Assembly: GCA_965649765.1 (NCBI GenBank)
Contig: OZ287753.1
Span: 73,532,001 to 73,596,000 of the forward strand
Direction of reading: 5' to 3'
Length of the DNA: 64,000 bases
DNA from: Bispira polyomma
Taxonomy: Eukaryota
Made by a program: the position numbers and the translations under genes. Each line of letters opens with the position of its first letter. Position 1 is the stretch's first letter. Positions 34,139-48,683 of the stretch are shown piece after piece. Under the pieces are notes generated by a model, which searched no databases, was not told where the DNA came from, and saw nothing but the letters and a program-made list of their open reading frames with translations.

Positions 34139-35417
34139 AGAAGGCGATTCTTTGAATGTTGTAATAACTGCCAAGCAAATAAACATGCAAGTGAAAGTTA
34201 AATAATAAATTGCTTATGAAAGGCCAAATGTTGAAAATTATTTTGCAATGTCCCTTTATCATTAGTGGAACAATTTATACATTAGTTTGCAATCTTTTAA
34301 TTGATGTTAAGCTATTGATTTATAAACTTACAAGTATTAGCCATAACACATGATATATAGCATGTATAGTATTAAATATATCACCATTCCACAATGGGCA
34401 GTTAGTGTTTTGTAATTGTTATATGATGACTTGGAACTTGATGAAAATGTCTTTAGCACATGCCTCTTGCACAGTTTAAATTACATTTCTTTATTGTTTT
34501 TGTTTTGTTGTGGTTGATGTGATCCTTCATGGTTTGCCCTTTTGTCCTGCGGGAAATGTAATCTGTTTTGTAAAGAATGATAATTTGACAATAATAATTA
34601 CTTGAGGGAACTAACAATGATTAAAATGTATTGTGTTTATGGGCACATCCAATGAGACAAATTATTTTAGAAACAGTAAATGCTAGCACATGTACGTCAA
34701 CAATTTACAACACATGTTTGGCCATGACAGCCAAATTTTATATTTTAAAAACATACTGACACTAAAGTGGACCATTAAAGTTTTGTGTGACTAAATTATA
34801 CCTGTGAAAAGAGCTCCAGTGAAACGGGTTGTTGTTGACTTGTTTTGTGAAGGTAGTTTAAGGGGGTTGGAAAGATTTGTGCCAATTCCTTGCTTATAGC
34901 GGATAAAAGCCACACATTGATTTTATTTGACACAAAATAAGTCAGTGCCGATTGTTTATTCCGAAGTTTGTTCTCTCTGCCCTGGTGCATTCTGTGCCAT
35001 TATTTCCTCTATAAGTATATTTAGTTTTGTCACTACACAACACAAACGTGTTAACTCTTTATGGCACACACATTCCGGTCACACTTAAAGCCAAATCTTT
35101 TAGTTTTATTTGTGATAGAAAACTAAATTATATAGCCCACATTGAATATCTTGTCAATGTCAATAATCAATAAATCATATGTTTGAAAGTGATATTCAAA
35201 TAAGGTTGGGTTGGCGATACAGGAGTATTACTCATTCTCTCATAACATCAAAGTTGGATTATGGTGGTGTATAGTTCTGCGAGCAGGTTTCAGAAAACTG
35301 AAGTCTATTCAAAACTTTACCATTTTTTAACAAAAGCAAAAGAACCTCCATTGTTTGTAAGATGGGCTTAAGGTATGTAATTACTATTTGCTCTTTCTAA
35401 TGTTATGTTTTAACTAG

Positions 35418-38400
35418 GTCAATATGAGTATGTCACTGTGGAGAGAAAGGGTGAGAAAGACAATGTTGGCTTGATACGGTTCAATCGCCCCAAAGCTCTG
35501 AATGCCCTGTGCGAACCCCTGATGCAGGACCTGACCAATGCGCTTGCAGAGATGGAAAAAGACCAGAAGATTGGCTGCATAGTCCTCACGGGTAGTGACA
35601 GAGCATTTGCTGGTAAGTTTGTTTTCTTTCACAATCACTGTCATTTCACCAATGTGGATTTCAATCCGCTTTGTAGTTGCCTATATGATCTAAACTGTTG
35701 AAAGCAATGTAAAACCCAATAGTAAAATTTAAATTCATTGGGAACTTGTCCTGTGGGACAGTCTTTTCTGGTACTTTTCCAATTTGATCCAAGCTGTAGA
35801 CACGTTGGCATCAAACCCAACTAAAACCTAAGCCAAGATATGAGCATGCCATTACTTATTAATGCCAACCAATGCTGTGTGGTAGGACTGCCCATTCTTG
35901 GAGAGACAAGCCCCTTAGAGAATGCAGTCATTTATTTAGCCCCAACAAGACCAATTAACTCAATAATCATTAATCAACTACGGAAACAATTAATTGGTCA
36001 AAAGTTTCAAATTGTTTCTTTGTGTGAAAACTTTTTTTTGTACATTGTTATATTAATGCCCAATGTTTAGACTCATTTTTGCTGCAATCACCAAGGTTAG
36101 AGCAGTATTCCCCATTGTTTTGACAGCTGGAGCTGACATTAAGGATATGCAGAATAAGAGTTTCCCACAAGTCTACACAGAGAAGTTCTTGTGTGGTTGG
36201 GATAGCGTCAAGAACACAAGAAAACCTGTCATAGCCGCTGTCAACGGGTTTGCGGTGAGTCACACTTAACAAAGTCAGTACACGGGTGGTCACAATTGTG
36301 TCCATTTTTCCTCATTGATTATTTACATATATTTGAACACAAAATATTATCTACTGAAAAGCCAATTTGATTTTAAACCAAAATTCATCAGACTTAAAAG
36401 CAGCATTTACAGCAACCGAAGTAAACATTAGTTATATGTCCTCATTTACAACTCTCTAAAATTCACATGTTCATTTTGGCAGGACTTTTCACAGTCCAAA
36501 TGTTGCATCTCTGCATTTCAAAATGTTTTCGAAGTCCATCTTTGCAATATTACTTGCACATCATAGTTTCTCAGCTGATTTACATTGTTACCTGTTTTTC
36601 TGTGGATTTTGAACTACATTATGCTGTGATTATGTAGTGCCTTAGAAGTTGCTTTTCTAGCCAAAAAATAAATGGCTGTGTATTATGAACGTATCATGAA
36701 TGGCTAGGATGATGATGCGAGTGCCCTCTCTTGTTGGATTGTAGCCTTGATGAGTTAAAGAAGCTTGTATTTTTTTGTGTGTGAAAATTGATTCAGGTAC
36801 TTTCCACAGCTTTGTCGTATACAGATGGAATTTATGTATTTATTTAGTGCAATGGTTTCCAGAGGAACATCAAATACAAAATATTAAACCTTAAGATCTT
36901 TATAAACCCAAACTGACTCCAGTCACTCCACTAAGCTGGCTGCATCAGCAAGGTTACAGTACCTACTATTATTTATTAGGGTTAGAATTTATACCCCCCA
37001 AAAAATGGAAATATTTCTTTTAAGGTATAATCGCTTTGTTAATATCTACATAGAACTATGGAACCTCCACTGATCTCTGTGAGGACAAAAAAATCAGAGA
37101 AATCACCAGCGACACATTTTATGGAATCGCAAATATAATTACAAATATCTGGAGATTTACTTGTATAAAAATATTGTTCTAGCATTATCAATGAATGGAA
37201 TTCTCAATTCTCAAATCAAATTTAGCCTCAATATAAATACTTCTATTTTTCCAGATTTTTTATTATCACAATTTTGAGCATCTGATGAATTTTACATGGC
37301 TCTTTCTATTAACAAATAGGGGACTCCAATGGCCTGGTGGTTAGAAGCATTAGCTTCACAGTCACTGGCCTCTCACCAATGTGGTTTCGATTCCTGGTTG
37401 TTGCTTCATCTGGAAAAGTTTGTCGGGTAATCACTATAAGCGGGGGGTTTGCAGTGCTACTACACTGGTTTTGTCCACCATTTAAATCTGGTCATTGTGA
37501 TACAACCGAGCTAAAATCAAAATCAGCATATAAACCCAACTAAATTCAGATTCTGTCCGTATATGGGGTATTGTTTTCCTCGTTCTTTCAGCTAGGAGGT
37601 GGCTGTGAGGTGGCCATGATGTGTGATATCATCTACGCTGGGGAGAAGGCCCAGTTTGGACAGCCAGAGATCACTATAGGAACCATCCCGGGTGAGTATC
37701 AGCTTGTGTGTGGACCATGCAGTCTTGTGAGTTAAAAATCATTTCAGGTGTTACAAGACCTATGTGACTACATCTATAGTATCAATGCACAAGTCACAAG
37801 AGAAGGCTATCAATACACAAGTCACAAGAGTAGGCTATCAATACACAAGTCACAAGAGTAGGCTATCAATACACAAGTCATAAGAGAAGGCTATTCATAC
37901 ACAAGTCACAAGAGTAGGCCATCAATACACAAGTCACAAGAGTAGGCTATCAATACACAAGTCACAAGAGAAGGCTATTCATACACAAGTCACAAGAGAA
38001 GGTTATCAATACACAAGTCACAAGAGTAGGCTATCATTACACAAGTCACAAGAGAAGGCCACTGGTTTTTTTTGGTATCAATGGAAAGCTTGGGCTCCAG
38101 AAACCATTATTCTGATATTTTTTAATCAGGCTGAATATTACCAAATATAGGTAAGTACCTGTTTGGCCAAAAACATACAGATTTAACCTCACGATATGAA
38201 AGCATGAGCCGGGTGATAATCATCAGCAACCGTGTGTCGATAACGTAATCTCAGAAGTTATTGAGAGCTGTGCTTTTATATTTGGCATACATATGAAGAA
38301 TGAATGTTTTTCTTTCAATAAATCTTGGACTCGATGATAAATAAGGTTGACACTTTTTTCCGTGCTAAATCCCACAAATATTACACTACTGTATGAATTT

Positions 38401-41400
38401 GACTCTCACCCACAGCATGTGTGTCATAAAGTTGTTAGTATTTTGCTGAAGGGACTGGTACTGCTTTACTCTACCAGTGAACTGTGCATCATCATTTGGT
38501 ACGTAGTTGTAAAAAGGGGTGTTACTGTGAAACACTAGTTGTCCGTAAAAAAAACATCGCGTACAGTGTGACTGACACCCTTCAGTTTGTCCATACAAAC
38601 CACCTATAAAGGCATTGCATGTCATTTTATCATGGCGGCATTATCTGACATCCCTCAGTTTGGCCAGGTCAATTCATGAAAGCGTTACCTGTTTCCAGCA
38701 TGGCCAAGCCCTTTTCAGAATGAAAACAATATCAGACGGCACATGATAAAAATAAAATCAATATATTCTACTTGCAGGTGCTGGAGGCACACAACGCCTC
38801 ACCAAGGCTATTGGCAAATCTAAGACTATGGAGATGGTGCTAACTGGAGACAAAATATCTGCCCAGGAAGCGGAGAAAGCTGGTAAGTCCTGACCTAGGC
38901 GGCATAAAAATTATGTATTTCTGTATTTAACTTTGTATTTTGCTTTTGAAGAACACTTCGCAAGGAATATTTATTTGTTATGTTATCACAATAACTAGTT
39001 TGTAATAGTTATTAAAATGTGTATTACAGTTCTGTCTGATTATGTAATGCCATGCTTTAAGGTGGAATATTTTCACTGACAGGCTATATTTCTTTATAAT
39101 ATCTTTATATGCAACTGTGTTTAAGGGGTTGCGAGCGACGTTAGCCTCTATTTTTATCAGAGGAGCTTCCACAGACTCAGACACAACCTCATCACGGAAA
39201 AATGTCTCGCCCCTAAACTAGTTAAAGTACTTTTGTCATGACCCCTCAACACATAAAGGCAGATTTCTGCGTTGATCTTGTCACACATACAAATGAAAGG
39301 TCAATACCATTTCATAAAATGATTAAAAAGTATTACCGTTATGTCTGCACATATTTGAGTGGCCACGGTGGCCACCCAAATAGTGGTTAGCAAGCATTTC
39401 GCTTTACAATCACTGGTCTCTCACCTATGGGCGGCGTGAGTTCGACTCCCATCGATGCCTATGTGGGAAAGGTAGTAGTTCCTTACTGTGGGCTGCTGGT
39501 TTCAGTGCAGAACCTTGATCAACTATATGCAGTGTTTCCTCCAGTGTTTCTAACTACCCGTCCCAATATAACCTAAACAGGTACTAGAGTGGTCGTTAAA
39601 TATCCCAATTCAAATTCTACACATATTTGCTTTAATAAACTAGGTCATCTGCTACTTCCATTTTTCGCTAGTCAATGTGCTTTCTTAATGACAATATATT
39701 TGTTGTTTATAACCTTTGTGAACTTGAAACGTGATACACACAGCCTAGTTTTGAAAGAAGTTGAGGCATTTACTAAACCTAAAACAAAACTTAGGCCATC
39801 CCGGAATATATGCAAACATTTTATACCATTTTTTACGGTAACCATGATCCCTTAGTTTTGCCAGGCTAGGATGAGTAATTTACCAATTGAAAGTGCATTC
39901 TCAGAAATTTGTATCTTAACAAATACCTTGGACATTTGTTGCAGGTCTGGTAAGTAAGGTCTTTCCAGTTGACCAAGTGGTGGATGAGGCAGTAAAGACT
40001 GCGGAGAAGATTGCAGGGCTTTCTCAAGTCACTGTAGCCATGTGTAAACAAGCTGTGAATGCGTGTAAGTACTTGTGAGTGAAAAGTATGTATTGTGAGT
40101 ATTGTGGTATTACAATATATTAGATCATATAGTCCATTTATACTACATTTTCCCAAAAAAAGTGTAAATGAGTTTTAAAATCGAAAAAGGGACGAAGGTT
40201 TACACAGTAAAAATCAAAATCAGTGATCATGGAACAAAAACTGATGAAAATGACACTAATATTTAATTCATTGAGAGCTGACTGCATCTAGTATTTTATT
40301 TTGTGATTCCGTTGCTGTATACACCTTCTGTATAATAGAATACAGAGAAGTGGATGATCATCAAAGATTTTACTGTGACGCTGATGTAACAAAAACTATC
40401 AAACAAAAGCAACAAATATCTTGCTACTGCAACTCCTGTAAAGAGGGTTTGAGTGTGTGTAAGTGGGAAAAGTTAAAACTAGTGTATCTAAAACATTTAA
40501 TTGTGTATTATGGGATTAATTTCTTATGGAGAATGAAGACTGATGTAGTTGCCTGTGGTAGCTGTTGGTGTGGTACAGCTCATGCGGGCTAATTTTACAG
40601 ACTTCATACAGGTGGTATAGATTTGTAACTGTAGGGTGTGACTTGTAAATTTGTAATCTTGATGGTATTCCTTGTCCCTTGTCTTAGGAAAGCGGCCTTG
40701 ATGTTGTAGAGGTAACACTCTTACCTATCACCAGCTCTGCAATTGTCTGTTTGAATCTGCGTCACAGTCTTTTATGTTCACAAATTGGTGGTAGATTTGC
40801 TGAAAGTTGGTGATTTTGCAGTGTAGTAATCCTAAATAACTTCTCTGCTTTCAACCAATGGTGATATATGATGCTCAGTTGTTGAAAGCTATGTTGAAGC
40901 CAAAATAAATGTAAAAACCTGTTATCTCAGGTAGTAGTTGTCAGATAAGGTTCAAAACTTCAAATATCTATACATATATTGTCGTTTTAGAAGGTGTGTC
41001 CAGTTAAACTGAATTGAACTAAGGCAGCCCATGTAGTGCCCATTTTGGGTAGATCTTTCGTCTGTTTAAAAAAAGAAATTATAGCATGCTATACATTTCT
41101 GTGTGTCTTTGCAGCCTTTGAGATGTCATTAAATCAGGGACTTGATTATGAGAAAACAGTCTTCCACCAAACATTTGGAACGGTAAGTCACAAAATGAAT
41201 GTCCGGTGTTTTTTGTATACATCAATAAACTTAGTTTATTTGCAGAAAATCTGGTATATATATATACTCTAGCTATTTTCTAAGTAAAATAAGCATACCA
41301 GTAAAATATAGATATTATTGGCAGTCTAAACAAATACCTCGGACACCCATGAATATTTACAAGCACCTTACTACTGGGGCAGTCACGACTAGCTGGCAAT

Positions 41401-43062
41401 TCGGCAGCGATTAAAATAGTGACAACTACCGGCTCTAGATTAAAGTAAATGAATAATCGCTCAAAATATTAAAATGGCAAATATATAAAAGTTAGTTTCT
41501 TACTAATATGACTTTTTTATTGATAAAACATAAACTAAATAGAAAACAAACGAAAATTCAGCCATTGTTTGCTTTGTTTACATCCTGACGTAAAACCGGA
41601 AATGAATATTTTAACTAAAATGGCAAACTTCCTGTTTTCTCACATATATCAGAAATGTCCATACATTGAAAAATTGTAACAAGTAAATGAAAGAAAGTAT
41701 ATATTTGACCATTAGTTTACTTATTTCAAAGTATACATACCAGCTTTTTATTAGGTAATATGTAGGATAAACTACATTTTAAAATATTCGACAACTATTC
41801 TGAGCCAATGCGAATAATTAATGAGGACTAGTGGATGTGAATATTTTGCGGTCATTACCTCCGTACTTACTACAGTAGTGGAGTCCTGATTAATTGTTTG
41901 GAATAATAGAATGCTCATCAGTAGAAATGTTAGTTTACCGAAAAGCAATTAGAAATACCATCAATTGTGCACAGGGCAATTGGGTTCAAGGTTGAAATAT
42001 TTAGAAAATTTAAGATTGGGCATGACAGGTTCTATTGTATTATAACCGTAATAAACACGTTTGTTAGTTTACTAATGAATGGACGTTCCTGCTAGCTTGC
42101 AATGACAAACTCACACAGTAGAAAACAGTGTTAAATCGAGGTTTTACTAACCCAGTTATCAGTACAGATGGGACAGCACCAAAAAAAATGACCCCTGAGA
42201 TACTGCTTTTTAAAAACCATGATTCTGATTTGAGGATAAAATATTACCAATAGAACATGCCTCCACAAACAGCAAGTAATCAAAACCAATTCGAAACAAC
42301 ATGTGCATTCTCTGTAGAATATAAAATCAAAAGTTCCAAAGAAATGATATTTCAAAGTCTGCCTATATATATACTGCCCAAAACCTAGTATTATGATTGA
42401 ATAGATAGTCTGCCTATATATATACTGCCCAAAACCTAGTATTATGATTGAATAGATAGAGATATACATTCCCTTCCTAATTTTTATATTCATTCACGAC
42501 CACCTTACAAAAAAGGACATTACAAGACTTGAATATGATCATGATTTATGCGCCTTAGAATCCACTTTATTTGAGATTAAGCTCTATAAAAGTTTGATTG
42601 GATACATACATGTTTCAGTCATATAATCTGTTTTATCCAAACATTCTGTTCACTTCAGATTGCGTTACACAGAAATTCGTCTTCTGTTTTATTAACTTGA
42701 ACAATTTCTACAGAGCCCAATATGGATCATACTGGAGTTGTGAGATAGGTGGTAGTGAACTTTCTGAAAATTGATGATGTGTAGTTTAGTAACCTTGACC
42801 TACTACCCTGGTCCACTTACCTTCCTCCCAGTGAACTACCCTTGGTGATATTAAGGTCATTTTGTCATTTGTGGAAAGCTAAGTTAAAATAAATGTGAAT
42901 CTTTCAATAAGGAGATCAATTGACATTAGAGTCTTTCATTATAATTTGAGCTTCTAATATGTGGTTTTAAGAGCGATTTGTTGTTTGTTCTTCCAGGAGG
43001 ATAGAAAAGAGGGAATGACTGCATTCGTAGAGAAGAGACCAGCGAATTTTAAAAACAAATGA
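35418..43062 (+). CDS. ECHS1: Mitochondrial short-chain enoyl-CoA hydratase; join(35418-35612,36127-36254,37592-37691,38778-38882,39945-40064,41115-41182,42997-43062); exon 1 (transit peptide) not located
   Basis: Spliced translation [31 protein letters not shown]...[15 protein letters not shown]...[68 protein letters not shown]...[21 protein letters not shown]. All introns are GT-AG, frames are consistent, and both crotonase catalytic Glu (GGGCE, QPE) are intact. Exon sizes 128/100/105/120/68/66 match the vertebrate ECHS1 structure as I recall it. Confidence 0.95.
37319..37545 (+). mobile_element. tRNA-derived SINE (diverged)
   Basis: ATGGCCTGGTGGTTAG A-box, GGTTTCGATTCC B-box, GAAAAGTTTGTC...GTCCACCA body. 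Confidence 0.7.
37780..38060. repeat. 28-bp minisatellite, ~10 copies, in ECHS1 intron
   Basis: Unit TATCAATACACAAGTCACAAGAGwAGGC repeated head-to-tail. Confidence 0.95.
39359..39616 (+). mobile_element. tRNA-derived SINE, close copy of 26928-27185
   Basis: Shared TAGTGGTTAGCAAGCATT...GGCGTGAGTTCGA...GATGCCTATGTGGGAAAGGT...GGTACTAGAGTGG.CGTTAAATATCC. Confidence 0.85.
42357..42458. repeat. ~51-bp perfect tandem duplication
   Basis: GTCTGCCTATATATATACTGCCCAAAACCTAGTATTATGATTGAATAGATA twice. Confidence 0.9.
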
Positions 43063-43664
43063 TGTCGCCGGGTTATATGAACAGTTGTGTGATATCTTTT
43101 AAAGTGAACAAGAGAAAACTTTCTCCCTATGTTAAACACATTATTTTGGCATTAAAATTAAGGGGTAAGGATTAACAATAGCCTAAAAGGCATGGTTTAA
43201 GTTGGTCTAATAATAACTAAAGGGAAATGAAGTGTTTTAAACCAGAACATATAAAGCATATAGTAAAGAGATGTGATATTTATAGGTTGATTGTCATAGA
43301 AATAACGGGTAGAAATGATATTGCTATGGTATTTTTGTTGAAGATATAATATGTACAATTAATTAAAACGTGTATGTTTAGAAACCTTGCTTATATAAAA
43401 TAAAATATATGAGAATAAGTTTATTTTAATGTGTTTTGTTGGTCTTTTCTGTTTTGTTTGTTATAAACCTACAGAAAACATTGTCTTGTTATTTGTCTTT
43501 CAACAATATTTAATTCCTTTGGGCAGCAACAAAACATAATTTACTAAATAAGAAAAAAGGATTTTAAAAGTTACATTATAATGTCCTGGCTGTTCCTGAA
43601 ATTTTCTCTGGGTACTTACCACAGAAGATGTGACCTGTTCAGCGTTCACTACTATGGATGATGT

Positions 43665-44050
43665 CTCAGTAGTCTAATGGTAATGCTCTCGTCTCTGACG
43701 ACATGCAGTTGTGGGTTTGAATCTTGACAAAATTGGCAGTAGACTTGCTGTTGAGTAATGGTTTGCAGATCACAACACCCTGACCAACTACCATGTTCTG
43801 ATTTTCTCCATCAGTGAACTGCTGGTCATGATATGACGCACACATGTTAAAAGCATGTATGTGGGATAGGACAGATAGTAGTAGATTTGCTGAAACCCAG
43901 TGGTTTATAGTTTAAAAATATTGCCGCACTAACCTATATGGTTTACAGGTAAAAAATATATTGCCAAACTAACCTGGATTGATATGGTTTTCCTCAATAA
44001 ACAATAAACTGCCTGTTGTTAAAAAAGATAAAGGTGTTTAAAGGAAGTTA
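43665..44050 (+). mobile_element. Two diverged SINE copies (same family)
   Basis: GTAGTCTAATGGTAA...GGGTTTGAATCTT...TTGGCAGTAGACTTGCTG...TTCTCCATCAGTGAACT, followed by a second partial copy. Confidence 0.55.
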
Positions 44051-45239
44051 AATGTTGTCTACTATATATGAATTATGAAAGTTCTTCAAAACCTTTCAGC
44101 GTAAACCAACTTTGGACCAGATTCTTATATTTAGGACATGTATAGTATAATGAGAAACAGAAACATTCATTGGATTATAGTCTCAGGTATCATTTTGGAA
44201 AGTTTTGATATATAAAACGTTTCATAATGAAACTGTCACAAATCCAGTGATATCGAAGGTTAACTTCACTGTTTCCCTCAAAAGGTAATGCCATCTGAAA
44301 AGATATTTTTGTCTTGAAATACAAATTTTGAATAATATTTTACAATTTGAGAAATTCATGTGAACATTATGTGGATTAAATCACTTTAATTTTATTGCGC
44401 CCCGGCAATTTGAAAAGAGATGCCCTCCTCCGTACTCGAGTCCGTCTCAGGGTATGCCCGGCTCGTATCCTATCCTGCGGATTGCGATCATTTTTAGCGT
44501 GAGTGTAACCTATAGTTAAGCAACTAAAATGTACATTTAGATTTTGAAAAAAATCAATATGGTTGCCATAGGAGGTGAAAAAAAGTTGCTGGGGGCATCA
44601 CATGTTTGCACTTGTTGGATGTTGCATGTTCCCACTTGTTGGGAATGTCTTAGGGCAGAGGAAGAGATGGCAACTAGCTGATGAAAGTTTGATACATATG
44701 TATACAAATAACACTCCTCTCCACCTATGCAATCGTGGGTCCAAATCGTCCTACCATGTATATAGGAAAGTTGGCAGTAGACTTGCTGGAGGCTGGTTTG
44801 CAGAGCAGGAACCTCACAAACTACCCTGGTTTGATTTCCTCTATGCGTGAACTGCCCAATGTGATATGACAAACAAAGATATTGAAATCAAAGTCAAACT
44901 ATACAGCAATGATGGGTATCAGTGGCTGCCAGTGATTGTGCGAGTACCTGGATCCCACTTTATTGAACCATATAACCGATTAGAACCTCTTTCACCTATG
45001 CAATATATGCACAAAAAATTCTTTAAAATGAGGCACAGACCGTAGCATCATATTTATTTTTAGTTTGATATTGTAATGTCATAATAAACTACTGCGGCTG
45101 TATGCTTCTGTTGTAGAATTTAAAATACATGTACTTGCGATTTTGCGATGCAACAGCATACATACTCCTTCAAAAGTGTAAAATGTAAATGTGTAGGTTT
45201 ATAGTCTGATATGACCCCTAGTGAGGTCTCGTCCAATGA

Positions 45240-45483
45240 CCATATACACCCCTAGTCTGGGTTCGTTTACTTGGCAACCAATTGTTCACTCACTGCTCTC
45301 TTAAGAAGCATACTAGTCATGCTGCCACATACAAGGTCCAACACTCCATCAATGGCCTGGTACCCATTTATACAGCTGGGTGAAGAGGGACAACTCTGTG
45401 TAAAGTACCTTGTCCAAGGGTACAGTCTCCAGGCCTGCAGCTAGGATCGATTCTGGGACCCTCTGAACTACTAGGCCACAGAG
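45240..45483 (-). mobile_element. Minus-strand tRNA SINE of a different (CORE-like) family
   Basis: GGTACCCATTTATACAGCTGGGTGAAGAG...TAAAGTACCTTGTCCAAGGG...CTACTAGGCCAC is the reverse complement of a tRNA head plus CORE-like domain. Confidence 0.55.
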
Positions 45484-46739
45484 GCAGGTGTTGTGACAAA
45501 AATATTGATAAACCATATTAGTAATTGGTGGTGATTTAATACTTATTTAAATGCATCTGTAGATAGAAGAGGTGGTTTTCACTAGTACAATGATGGAGAT
45601 TTAGATACCAAGATTAGTTAGATTTTAATAGAAGGGAAATGACAAAGGTTGGCTTAGTACAATCAAGAATGGATTTTTGGCTGATTTATTTGCAATTAGA
45701 ATACCTTACAAAATATACCAAGGTTACAGCTGGCAATAGCTCTGACCCTAGTTTAATATATGTACAGCAAGCATTAAGAGAAAAGAGTATAATGATCTTT
45801 TAACTGATTTTTTGACTGAAGGACAAATTTTCATTCTCATTCAGCCTACCTTTCAGAGTAGCCCAAGGGTAAGTCCTCTGACCTACTTTTAACACTACAC
45901 ATATCCCCTCGCTACAGATATCAATAATAACAAATTAAACACATGAAATTTATTGTACCCACTGTTGATGAATTTGAAAGTTTGACAAAAATCTCAGGCT
46001 TAAAATTTGATTTAGTGAGACAAAAATAATTCAGATAGGGGCAAACACCTTTGCACATCCCTCTTCACCAAAACTCGAAAGAAAATTCCAAAGGCCCTTT
46101 GGAGAAATTTAGTACATAATTACATTGACTTGTCATAATGGTTACAGTGGTATTTAAATGATAAAATCTGTCGATTAAGAATGATTTGGTGTAGCATGTT
46201 GTTACGAAATAACAATTTTAGCCCTTGCCGGTAAAAGTTCCCTATTTTGGGCGAATTTCCCCCGGATTTTTCCTGCTCGTAATTTTTAATTTTCCAAGGT
46301 TTAAAAACCACCAACAAAACACAAGAGCGAAAAAGTGTCACTTTTTAGCCAGTTGGTGTGTAATATACTGTATACGCTGTAATATTCCATATTAATTGAC
46401 AAGGTTCACAAACTTCCATCAGATTGTATTGAAAATCCCGACGGGGTTTTGCTTCACAGCGCACAAATGTGTAAATCCCCGATTATCGCCCATTTCTGCT
46501 CGATTCTCAATTATATATGCTCTTAGTAGTAAAAATTATGGAAACCCATTTTTTTCCCAACACAAATTTTATAATTGCATTACGGTATTGCTTGTTTAGT
46601 AATAGTAGACAAGAAAAATATGAAAACAGAATGTAACTTTGCGTTTATTTTACACATAAAATTGAAGTTATATTGTGGGAACACATAAAAAATAGGTAAG
46701 TTTAGGGGTATACATGTAGGGGGCCATTTTTTACACCCT

Positions 46740-47680
46740 TGCCGTTTCGAATCGGGTAGGGGGCCGTTTTGACACCCTCATATATTGGTGTTCAGAGGTT
46801 TCGCTGTATTGCCGATTCGCTGTATAGATGTTTCGCTGTTAAAGTTGGGGGTTTCGCTGGATATATAATGTTAATTACAAGTTCCGCGTTATGTATTTTT
46901 TGACGTTTAATTGATTAAATGGCTGTATCTTTATGAATACTTTACCTAAAATGTTGGTTTTAGTATCACTAGAAAGCTGTAATTATGTTCTTTATGATAG
47001 GTATCTTTAATATCTATTCTAATAAATAATAAGTAAAGCATTGATAGGTAAAGTTGGACGTTACACTTAAAATTGTTAAAAATACAAGTTTTTAGAGTAA
47101 ATGTCATTTATTAAATGCTTACATCGCAGCAATTATATGTGATACCTTTTTTCATATTATATATTCTCAAAGCCAGATAAATGTGCTTTTAGGTTTTTAC
47201 GAAATAAAAATATGTTATATAATAGCTGAGAAAGTTTAAGTTGAAAGGAGTCAAGGAATTTTATCGCGAACCCATAAAAAACGGCAGCGAAACTTTTGTA
47301 CAGCGAATCCTCTTGTAATCCATATTTTTACATTGGTGCTTACTCGGCGTGGCCGTTTTGACAACAAAAAAATAAATGTTTAAGGTTTATTTAAAAAAAG
47401 TCATCATTTCTTGCTTGATTTTAACAAATAAGGTATTATTTGAAAGCTTAAAACACAGAGATTTTAATATTACATGATTATAGCTGGTTTATTAGGTAAA
47501 TCGCTGTCAAACTTATGTTAATTACCATATAAATAAATTTAATTTAAATTTCATTAAATTAATTCATTCTTTGGTGTTAAAACGGCCATGCCAAGTAAGC
47601 ACTGGGGTTGGGTGTCGGAACGGCACCCCTTCTAGGAGGTGCCGATTCGAATCGTCGCCTGGTGTCAAAATGGCACGCAA
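46740..47680. mobile_element. Nested fold-back non-autonomous DNA transposons
   Basis: Inner inverted arms GAGGTTTCGCTGTA (46797) / TACAGCGAATCCTC (~47300); outer GGCCGTTTTGACACC (~46763) / GGTGTCAAAATGGC (47661). Confidence 0.55.
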
Positions 47681-48346
47681 CATACATACTAAAACTCGGA
47701 CTGCACTGGGGTATTATTATTTTTGCTTTTATCTAATTAATATAAATGTCCATGTTAGAGTGCTTAAACATGAATTGCATGCATCTTAGTAGCCGTAAGA
47801 TACGACCGTCTGACTTTTTAGCGGGGACCGCTAGTGCGCTGATACACGATTTTCACCACAGTCTTATTTTAGGGCTAACATCTTAGTTAATTGGCATCAT
47901 TTGGAAGTACATGAAGTAAAGACATCCAATTGCAATCATCATACTTTGCTTTACACTCCTTATAAAAAAGTATACACATATTAACAAGTATATGTTGCTG
48001 AAGACGAGAAAAATTTACAAACTTTACTAAATATTACATACGATTGGTGACATCCTCAAACTTTATTTTTTATTAAGATTGACCCAGGACTTATATGTGA
48101 AAAAAAAGTTAAAACATTTTTTTAAAGACACCCTCATCATAGGCTGACTTTATTCACAATGACCAGACAACATGTATTATATTTAGTGAAACGCATCACT
48201 CAATTAATCAAATGCTAGACCCAGCCAGCTACAAAAACAGCATTAATTTAATATAATATTAGCATTAATGCTATATGAAAGGTAAAAGGAATTTGACCTA
48301 ACATTGAAGTCACAGAATAGCAAGGAAAATACTAAATATGTCATAA

Positions 48347-48683
48347 TGTAATAACAATGTGATTAATGTAACTGGTCTTCTTGTTAAAACATATACTAAA
48401 CTACTCACTTTATAATGTATAATAAAAGTTAAATACTATTGCAAATATTGTGATTTTTGATATCTTTATCCAATATAATCATGTATGCATATGCATCCCC
48501 ATTTTCCCCATTTCAATATTCTTTACTGTAATAACAATGTGATTAATGTAACTGGTCTTCTTGTTAAAACATATACTAAACTACTCACTTTATAATGTAT
48601 AATAAAAGTTAAATACTATTGCAAATATTGTGATTTTTGATATCTTTATCCAATATAATCATGTATGCATATACATCCCCATT
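48347..48683. repeat. 180-bp-period near-perfect tandem duplication
   Basis: 48361-48480 is identical to 48541-48660. Confidence 0.95.

Noticed and set aside
35261-35378. Candidate ECHS1 exon 1 (ATGGTGGTG...GGTATG)
   Set aside because: The frame hits TAA before the donor, and the peptide is not transit-peptide-like.
37780-38060. CRISPR-like array
   Set aside because: 28-bp units are head-to-tail with no unique spacers and no cas genes, inside a eukaryotic intron: a minisatellite.
41365-41880. Non-autonomous DNA transposon with ACTACTG ends
   Set aside because: Inverted similarity is only ~7 bp and no TSD was identified.
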